This document shows, piece after piece, positions 9,378 to 16,428 of a stretch of 64,000 bases of DNA. This DNA is from an uncultured Clostridia bacterium (lineage in GTDB: Bacteria; Bacillota; Clostridia; Christensenellales; CAG-917). A program made the translations under genes and the position numbers. Each line of letters begins with the position of its first letter. Position 1 is the first letter of the stretch. Where the stretch lies: positions 322,621 to 386,620 of the forward strand of contig CAKQGN010000001.1 of assembly GCA_934233745.1 (NCBI GenBank), read 5' to 3'. The notes beneath the pieces were generated by a model. The model had not been told where the DNA came from and did no database searches. It was given only the letters and a program-made list of their open reading frames with translations.

Positions 9378-9397
9378 TAAAGTGTGGAATATGAAAG

Positions 9398-11461
9398 ATG
9401 GCATGGGTTTGTAAAAATTGCAACTCGGATAATGACGATTCGCTTACCGCTTGCGAGCTGTGCGGATGTACGGAGAAACTTGTGATAGAAAGTCACAAGT
9501 CTGTTTTGATGCGCAAGCAGGCTCTTGAGTTGGATGTTGTATCGGGCGTGGTTATCGTTCCTTCTGCATATAATATAATCGGCGCACATGCTTTTGAGGG
9601 AAACAATAATATAAAAACGGTTGTTTTGCATGATGAAGTCATAAGCATTTATAAGCAAGCTTTTAAAGACTGTGTCAACCTTGAAAAAGTCGTGTGTGAG
9701 GGCATGCTTGACAGCATAGGCCCGGAGGCGTTTAGAAATTGCAGGGCATTAAAAATAAAACCTGTGGCAAAATCTGTTGATAAGAGTGCGTTTGAAACGG
9801 ATTCATTATTTATGGAAGAAGGGTCGGTTCCATCGCGTACAAGTACTATGACTCCCTCTATCACGACCACTCCGATTCGTTCCGGCGTCACAAGTTATGA
9901 AGATACAACTAGACATACATCGTATCATTTTAACCTTGAAACACTTGTCAAGACACTGGCTGTCGTGATACCGATAATCGCTTTTATTGTCGGGCAAGCA
10001 TTGCAGTACTATTGGCTTTTTATTAAGAATAAAATATATTTTCTTGATATGTTTTTTTCAGCTGTTCCCGCAACGGTATTATATGTTTCGTCTGCGTTTT
10101 GCCTTGTTTCGACCATTCACGTTATAATTAGGTCTTGGAAACTTGCCGATGACGACGAATTGGGCTTGGGAGCGTTGTATTTTAGTTTTTCATCGTTGTT
10201 TTTAGGCGGTATAGCCCCTGTTGCCGGTTATGTCGGGATTATTGTTACTTCGGCGCTCTCATGGCTGTGTGTTACATTCAACGAAGAAAAAGTACCGGCT
10301 TTGTTGCTTTTCCTTTCTTGTGCGGTAGGATTAACATTTATGTGGCTAAGCTATAACAGGGACGTCAATATCTTTTTATTTACAAAATTCATGCGATTGA
10401 TAGACGCAGACCCTTTTCGCGTGATGATTTACTTAAGCGTTGCGACAGGAGTAAGTATCGTTGCGTCCGCAGTGATGGCGGTTGGGATGGCTTATTTCCC
10501 GAATCCGACGGTAGGATACGGTTCACTGGGTGTGTTTTGCAGTTTGATGGCAATTGTGCCGGCGATTGCAATCCCCGGATTGTTAATATACGCTATCGTA
10601 TTTGCCATTATATCAAAAAACGATGACGAACATGTCGCAAAAGTAGGTGCGATAGCCGTTGTTGTCGTATTTTTAATAACGGTTGGCGGATTGGGTGTTT
10701 TCTGTGGAGTGGGAAAGCAGAAAACGTACACACTTTCGGATTACGAGATAGTGAGCATAAGTTCTTTTCAGGACTTTCGACAATATCTGAATGAAGAAGT
10801 CATAGCGATGAATATCTCAAAGGTTTCGGAGTCCGATGTCGCGACTATTATTACCGGAGAAAACTGTAAGACATTGGTGCTTGTGTCCGATCATAATAAG
10901 AAATTTTCACTTACAATCAAGACATCTGCAAAGAAGATTATTCTGAGTGATGTGAATATCAACTACGGCGGACTTGTGTTGGATGCAGAAAAAGTCGAAA
11001 TCAAACTGTACGGACGTAACAGCATAATGGGAGAGACAGGAAAGTCCGGCACGACAGGAAAAGACGGCGAGGACGGAAAAGCGGCTATAATCGGGAAAGA
11101 TATTACTTTTACGGGGAAAGGTCGTATTACGCTCATTGCAGGAAACGGCGGAACGGGCGGTGTCGGCGAAAAGGGCTCTAAAGGATCTTTCACAGGAAGC
11201 GGTGGAAAAGGCGGTACGGGTGGAAAAGGCGGCAACTCAGGTTATACCATAGACTGTGAATATGTCGAGGCAAATTATTTCTCAGGGAAAATAACACTAA
11301 AGAAAGGCTATGCCGGAAGCGGAGGCAACGGAGGTCCTGGAGGGGACGGAGGATTCTTTGGATGGAGCGGTCAAAAGGGAGATAGAGGTGAGAGAGGAGA
11401 GGTTTCCGATTATTGCTCGGGGAAAATCACAATCGATGATAAACGCATTAAAAAAGCGTGA
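9398..11461 (+). CDS. Zn-ribbon / BspA-type LRR / polytopic membrane / Gly-rich collagen-like-tail protein
   Basis: WVCKNCNSDNDDSLTACELCG is a RanBP2-like ribbon. VPSAYNIIGAHAFEGNNNIKTVVLHDEVISIYKQAFKDCVNLEKV is LRR_5-like. About 8 hydrophobic helices follow (aa ~190-450). The C-terminus reads GKSGTTGKDGEDGK...GGTGGVGEKGSKG...GQKGDRGERGE. Confidence 0.7.
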   Translation: MAWVCKNCNSDNDDSLTACELCGCTEKLVIESHKSVLMRKQALELDVVSGVVIVPSAYNIIGAHAFEGNNNIKTVVLHDEVISIYKQAFKDCVNLEKVVCEGMLDSIGPEAFRNCRALKIKPVAKSVDKSAFETDSLFMEEGSVPSRTSTMTPSITTTPIRSGVTSYEDTTRHTSYHFNLETLVKTLAVVIPIIAFIVGQALQYYWLFIKNKIYFLDMFFSAVPATVLYVSSAFCLVSTIHVIIRSWKLADDDELGLGALYFSFSSLFLGGIAPVAGYVGIIVTSALSWLCVTFNEEKVPALLLFLSCAVGLTFMWLSYNRDVNIFLFTKFMRLIDADPFRVMIYLSVATGVSIVASAVMAVGMAYFPNPTVGYGSLGVFCSLMAIVPAIAIPGLLIYAIVFAIISKNDDEHVAKVGAIAVVVVFLITVGGLGVFCGVGKQKTYTLSDYEIVSISSFQDFRQYLNEEVIAMNISKVSESDVATIITGENCKTLVLVSDHNKKFSLTIKTSAKKIILSDVNINYGGLVLDAEKVEIKLYGRNSIMGETGKSGTTGKDGEDGKAAIIGKDITFTGKGRITLIAGNGGTGGVGEKGSKGSFTGSGGKGGTGGKGGNSGYTIDCEYVEANYFSGKITLKKGYAGSGGNGGPGGDGGFFGWSGQKGDRGERGEVSDYCSGKITIDDKRIKKA

Positions 11462-11547
11462 ATGTAACTGTAAATACAGTATGAATGATATTAAAAGCCT
11501 TAAAAGCACCGATGCACGGTTATGAACATTGTTAAGGAGAGTAGGTT

Positions 11548-14500
11548 ATGAACTACAACCACAAACTAGACGAGAGCGCAAAGTATTTGAAGGTTGTTAC
11601 ACGCGGGGGCTCTACGCCGAAGGGAAAGCGAAGAGTGTATTTCACTTGCCATCCGAAGGATTTTGACAAGTACTTCCAAAAGGTGTGCGACGATATCTTC
11701 AAAACGCAGGATTGCGCGATTTATTATACGGCAGATATGTCCGCGCCGATACCCGAACAATACGTGGAGTCGGACTTGGGACAGATGAATTTGTTTGTTG
11801 TACCGATAACGTATGCTCTTCTTACGGAGAAAAACAGGGCAATGGATTTCGATCTCGCATACGCTATGCGAGACGACGTGTCTATCCCCATTCTTCCGCT
11901 GATGATGGAAAATGGTATAGATTTCTTTTATGAGAAAAAGTTTGGCAATCGTCAATATTTCAGCCCCTATTCACAAGATTTGTCAGCAATCGGTTACGAG
12001 GAAAAGCTGAAAAAATATCTGTCGTCAGTTTTGCTCGACGACGGAACGATAGAGCGTATTCGCAAGGCTTTTGACGCTTATATTTTCCTCAGTTACCGCA
12101 AAAAAGACCGAAACTTTGCAAATGAACTGATGAAACAAATCCACCAAAATCCATTGTATAGAGATATTGCGATTTGGTATGACGAGTTTTTGACACCCGG
12201 TGAAGATTTTGAGGAAAACATCCATAAAGCATTTGACATAAGCAAGCTGTTCGCATTGCTTGTAACGCCGAACCTTGTGAATGAAAAAAACTACGTGCAA
12301 ACCACGGAATACCCGCTTGCAAGAAAAAGCGGAAAGAAAATTTTGCCGGCAGAGTGGGTGGATACCGACAAAAAACTGCTGAAAGAGCAATATCCCGACA
12401 TTCCGCAATGCGTAAACGGAAAAGACCAAGCGGAGCTGGATAAGGGAATTGCCGACGCACTTAAGACAATAGCATTGCAATCCAACGATAACGATCCCGA
12501 GCATTGTTATCTCATAGGTCTTGCATATCTCGACGGAATAGACGTTGAGATAAACGTCCCGTACGCCATTGAGCTTATCACGCGTGCCGCCGAAAAAGAT
12601 TATCCCGATGCTATGGATAAGCTGTTTTTTATGTATTACAATGGCGATCGTGTAAAAGTAGATTACACAGAGGCATTAAAATGGTCAGAAAAACAATATG
12701 GGTTTTATCTGCGTACAAAGGGGGAAGATGCACTTGAGACGCTTGCCACGTTAAACAATATCGGCATGGTTTACAACAGCATCGGGGAATACAACAAAGC
12801 GCAAGAAATAATGCAACAGGCATACGAACGTTTACGTATTGCATATGGCGAAAAACACAAAAAAACCATTAAGATTCTAAGCAATCTTGCGGTTGTATAT
12901 TTTTACCGCGGTGACTATGAGAAATCTGTAGAGCTTGGCGAAAAAGCCTATAGTATAAAATGTGAAGTGTCGGGCGCTTTGGAGCAGGATGCGATTATAA
13001 CATTAACAAATCTTGCTCACACATATAATTGTCTTGGAAATTATAAAAAAGCATTTGAATTAGGACAAAAGGCATATGAACAATTCCGCGAAACGCTAGG
13101 AGAGCAACATTATCATGCTGTAGTTGCGTTAAATAACTTGGCAATGGTATATTATACAACCGGAGATTTTAAAAAAGCGTTGGAATTGGCGTTGAAGGCA
13201 AATCAACAAAACAAAGAAGTGCTGGGAGAGGGGCACCCTGAAACATTTAGGGTATTAGGAAACGCTGCTATAATTTATAACAAACTTGGTGATTTCAATA
13301 ACGCACTGGAATTAAGCAAAAAAGCATATGGTCTTGCAAATGAAGTGTTTGGTGAAAAACATCCTGAAACAATTAAACAGTTGACGAACATCGCAGTCAC
13401 TTATATTAGCCTTGGAGATTATAGAAAAGCATTTGAGTTAAGTCAAAAGGCATATGACCTTGCTTGTGAAACGCTAGGAGAACAACATCCAAATACCATA
13501 CTTGCGTTAAATAACTTGGTAATGGTATATTATACAACCGGAGATTTTAAAAAAGCTCTAGAATTAAGCCAGAAAGCATACGATTTATATTGCGAAGAAT
13601 GTGGCGAAAAGCATCCCGATACTATCACTGCGCTAAACAATCTTGCCCAAACATACATGAAACTCGGAGAGCATCATAAAACACTTGAACTAAGTCAAAA
13701 AGTGTATGACTTAGATTGCGAAATACGCGGTGAGAAACACTTGGAAACCATAGTTGCGTTAAATAATCTTGCCTTAGCATATGGCCAACTTGGTGATTTC
13801 AATAAAGCACTTGAATTAATGTTGAAGGCATACAATCTTTGCTTTGAAGAATGTGGCAAGAAACATCCTAATACTATATTGACGTTACTCAATTCCGCAA
13901 AAGTATATTTGGAGCTTGGCGATTGTGCTAAGGCACTTGAACTAAGTCAAAAAGCGTACGACTTAGCTTGTGAAATACTCGGTGAGAAACACCCAAATAC
14001 TATCATGGCGCTAAATAGTCTTGCCATGGCTTATGTGCAGCTCGGAGATTATAATAAAGCACTTGAACTAAGTCAAAATGCATATGATTTATGTTGCGAA
14101 ATACTCGGTGAGAAAAACCCAGATACTATCATGGTGCTAAATAATCTTGCCCAAGCATATGATCAACACGGAGACTACAGTAAAGCACTCGAATTAATGC
14201 TGAATGTATATTATCTTAGCCGTGAAGCAAGCGGCAAGAGCCATCCGGATACTATACTGTTTTTATACAATCTTACTCAAGAATGTGTAGAGATTGGAAA
14301 TTATAAAAAAGCATTGAAGTTAGCTAAATATGTCTATGCCCTTAGAAAAAAGGCTTTTGGCACAAAACATCCAGATACGATTGATTCAATTGATCTTATT
14401 TCTGACATATATCACAATTTAGGGCGAGATAGGATTGAGTTGAAATTGGTGCGAAAAAAATATCTTTTATTGCGTGATGTTAGCGGCGAAAAGCATCCCG

Positions 14501-15186
14501 AAACAATTACTGCATTAGGTGAGCTTGCTTTATTGTATAGTAACATAGGGAAATTAAAAAAAGCACAAGAATTGAACATGCAGGCATATGCGCTTTCGTG
14601 TGAGGTGCTTGGCGAAAAGCACCCCGATACGCTTACGTCTCTAAATAATTTAGCATATGTATATGATGAAATAGGGAATTATGAAAAATCGGTAGAACTA
14701 AATGAACGATCATATGCTCTTTATCGTGAAGTCTATGGCGAAAAACACCCTGAAACGCTTACATCGTTGAGCAACCTTATTGCCACATATGGTAATGCCG
14801 GGAATTTTGAAAGGGTAATAGAACTAAATGAACAATCGTATGCACTTTGTCGTGAGGTGCTTGGTGAAGAACACCCGGATACACTTAAATCTTTAAGTAG
14901 TCTTGCAATTGCATATGGCTATATAGGAAATGATGAAAAATCATTGGAATTAAATAAACAAGCATACGTTCTTTATTGCAAGGTATTTGGTGAAGAACAT
15001 CCTGAAACGCTTACATCATTGAGTAATCTTGCCATCGCATATAGTAATCTTTGGGATGTTGAAAAAGCAATAGAACTTGGCGAGAGGGCATATGATCTAA
15101 GATGTAAGGTGTTAGGGAAAAAGCATCCTGACACACAAGAATCTCTAGCAAACTTATATATAATATACAGAAGATTCGAAGATTAG
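11548..15186 (+). CDS. Tandem TIR-like domains + Sel1 repeats + ~19 kinesin-light-chain-type 42-aa TPR repeats (1212 aa)
   Basis: RBS AAGGAG. The first TIR-like unit is RRVYFTCHPKDFDKYF...LFVVPITYALL. The second is AYIFLSYRKKDRNFANEL...IAIWYDEFLTPGEDFEENI...LFALLVTPNLV...TTEYPLA. Sel1-like segment: CYLIGLAYLDGIDVEINVPYAIELITRAAEKDYPDAMDKLFFMYYNGD. This is followed by the repeated unit LNNLAxxYxxxGDYxKALELxxKAYDLxxExLGEKHPDT. Confidence 0.8.
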   Translation: MNYNHKLDESAKYLKVVTRGGSTPKGKRRVYFTCHPKDFDKYFQKVCDDIFKTQDCAIYYTADMSAPIPEQYVESDLGQMNLFVVPITYALLTEKNRAMDFDLAYAMRDDVSIPILPLMMENGIDFFYEKKFGNRQYFSPYSQDLSAIGYEEKLKKYLSSVLLDDGTIERIRKAFDAYIFLSYRKKDRNFANELMKQIHQNPLYRDIAIWYDEFLTPGEDFEENIHKAFDISKLFALLVTPNLVNEKNYVQTTEYPLARKSGKKILPAEWVDTDKKLLKEQYPDIPQCVNGKDQAELDKGIADALKTIALQSNDNDPEHCYLIGLAYLDGIDVEINVPYAIELITRAAEKDYPDAMDKLFFMYYNGDRVKVDYTEALKWSEKQYGFYLRTKGEDALETLATLNNIGMVYNSIGEYNKAQEIMQQAYERLRIAYGEKHKKTIKILSNLAVVYFYRGDYEKSVELGEKAYSIKCEVSGALEQDAIITLTNLAHTYNCLGNYKKAFELGQKAYEQFRETLGEQHYHAVVALNNLAMVYYTTGDFKKALELALKANQQNKEVLGEGHPETFRVLGNAAIIYNKLGDFNNALELSKKAYGLANEVFGEKHPETIKQLTNIAVTYISLGDYRKAFELSQKAYDLACETLGEQHPNTILALNNLVMVYYTTGDFKKALELSQKAYDLYCEECGEKHPDTITALNNLAQTYMKLGEHHKTLELSQKVYDLDCEIRGEKHLETIVALNNLALAYGQLGDFNKALELMLKAYNLCFEECGKKHPNTILTLLNSAKVYLELGDCAKALELSQKAYDLACEILGEKHPNTIMALNSLAMAYVQLGDYNKALELSQNAYDLCCEILGEKNPDTIMVLNNLAQAYDQHGDYSKALELMLNVYYLSREASGKSHPDTILFLYNLTQECVEIGNYKKALKLAKYVYALRKKAFGTKHPDTIDSIDLISDIYHNLGRDRIELKLVRKKYLLLRDVSGEKHPETITALGELALLYSNIGKLKKAQELNMQAYALSCEVLGEKHPDTLTSLNNLAYVYDEIGNYEKSVELNERSYALYREVYGEKHPETLTSLSNLIATYGNAGNFERVIELNEQSYALCREVLGEEHPDTLKSLSSLAIAYGYIGNDEKSLELNKQAYVLYCKVFGEEHPETLTSLSNLAIAYSNLWDVEKAIELGERAYDLRCKVLGKKHPDTQESLANLYIIYRRFED
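12700..15180 (+). repeat. Intragenic tandem array of ~126-bp (42-codon) TPR-coding repeats, some pairs nearly identical at DNA level
   Basis: About 19 consecutive units. For example, 13126-13177 versus 13504-13555 has 1 mismatch in ~52 nt at an offset of 378 nt (3 units). Also, ~13940-14025 versus ~14066-14150 are highly similar. Confidence 0.8.
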
Positions 15187-15261
15187 AGAAAAGACGTATA
15201 AGCTCTTATAAATAGCGAAGTATAAAGCAGAAAAAGAACAAGAGATAAAGGAGGAAGGATT

Positions 15262-15810
15262 ATGGCAAAAGAGGGAAGGTCGCTTGGCGAGGAGTTGAAA
15301 GAGAGCCGTATTATCGTCGTGAGCGGATATATCGACTCGGACAAGGCGGCGACAATTATTTATCAATTGATGGATTACAATGCGAAAAGCGAAAAGGAAG
15401 ATATTCAGTTGTTTATCGGCTCGGGCGGCGGAAGTTACTTGGATATGATGGCGATTATCGATACGATGAACACGATAAAAGCTCCTATATCGGGGACGTG
15501 TATCGGTATGGCGGACGGGTATAGCGCATTGTTGCTTGCGTGCTGCACCAACGGAAAGAGATATGCGCTCAAGCATAGTCAGATTTCTTTCGAACAGCCG
15601 TACGGAGTGTTGCAATCGGGTGCCAATCAAGAGACGGAGATTGCAATCGAGGCAAGAGAAGTCAAACTCGAAAGAGAAATTTTTGAGAATATGCTTGCCC
15701 AAAAGACGAATACGGAATTTGACAAAATACACCGTGATTGCGAGGTCGGGGTGAGCTTAAGCGCACAACAGGCTTTGGAATACGGAATTGTCGATGAGAT
15801 ACTCGAGTGA
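15262..15810 (+). CDS. ClpP-fold protein lacking the catalytic triad (pseudo-protease ClpP paralog)
   Basis: By-eye alignment to E. coli ClpP. GQAASMGAFLL becomes GMADGYSALLL (Ser->Gly). VMIHQP becomes ISFEQP (His->Glu). ERDRFLSA becomes EVGVSLSA (Asp->Gly). The N-terminal axial-loop region is absent. RBS AAGGAGGAAGG. Confidence 0.8.
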   Translation: MAKEGRSLGEELKESRIIVVSGYIDSDKAATIIYQLMDYNAKSEKEDIQLFIGSGGGSYLDMMAIIDTMNTIKAPISGTCIGMADGYSALLLACCTNGKRYALKHSQISFEQPYGVLQSGANQETEIAIEAREVKLEREIFENMLAQKTNTEFDKIHRDCEVGVSLSAQQALEYGIVDEILE

Positions 15811-15826
15811 AAAGGAGGAGAACGAT

Positions 15827-16351
15827 ATGAAAAACAATAACCCTCGTATAGTGTTGTTAAACGGGGCGGTGGATGAAGAATCCGCAATGAAAGTTATTTT
15901 GCAGTTGCTCGAGCTTAACAGACAGGATGAAAACAAAGAGATAAGTCTGTATATCAATTCAAACGGCGGTAGCATAGTTTACGGATTGGCAATCTACGAT
16001 ACGATAAAACTCATCAAAGCGCCTGTTTCGACCGTTTGTTGCGGTATGGCGGCATCTATGGGGGCGTTCTTGCTTTCGTGCGGAGAGAGGGGGAAAAGAT
16101 ATGCTTTGCCGCATAGCAGAATACTCATTCATCAACCCCTCATGCAGATAAGACAAGGAGTGTCTCGCCCTCAAACCGCTATGCAACGTATAGCGGAAGA
16201 TATGGCGAAATCCCGAAAGGAGTTGGAGTCCGTTATGGCAGACAATACGGGTAAATCTCTCGAAACGCTGCATGCGGATTGCGAGAGGGATAAATGGATG
16301 AGTGCAAAAGAAGCCTTAGAATATGGAATTATAGATAAAATATTGGAATAA
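15827..16351 (+). CDS. clpP: ClpP-family serine protease (triad intact, N-terminally short)
   Basis: GMAASMGAFLL (Ser), RILIHQP (His) and CERDKWMSA (Asp). I prefer ATG 15827 with RBS AAAGGAGGAG over the track start 15788, which lies inside the upstream gene. The protein begins at RIVLLNG, so it lacks the canonical N-terminal ~20 aa. Confidence 0.85.
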   Translation: MKNNNPRIVLLNGAVDEESAMKVILQLLELNRQDENKEISLYINSNGGSIVYGLAIYDTIKLIKAPVSTVCCGMAASMGAFLLSCGERGKRYALPHSRILIHQPLMQIRQGVSRPQTAMQRIAEDMAKSRKELESVMADNTGKSLETLHADCERDKWMSAKEALEYGIIDKILE

Positions 16352-16428
16352 TCTACGGTTATTGATAAAAAGCCAAGGTTAGACATACGAAATTTAAAAA
16401 ATAACAAAAGAAAAAGGAGACAATTGAT

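Noticed and set aside
10963-11235. Proline-rich 90-aa minus ORF (PPFPPVPPFPPLP...)
   Set aside because: It is the reverse-complement reading of the Gly-rich (GGN) collagen-like tail of the 687-aa protein, so it is an artefact of codon composition.
15262-16351. ClpP-like pair as a sign of a prophage (S14 prohead protease)
   Set aside because: No portal, capsid, terminase or tail genes occur anywhere in the window. The genes sit in a tight operon with TIR-TPR and RyR-channel genes. A phage origin of the fold remains possible, but a prophage annotation is unsupported.
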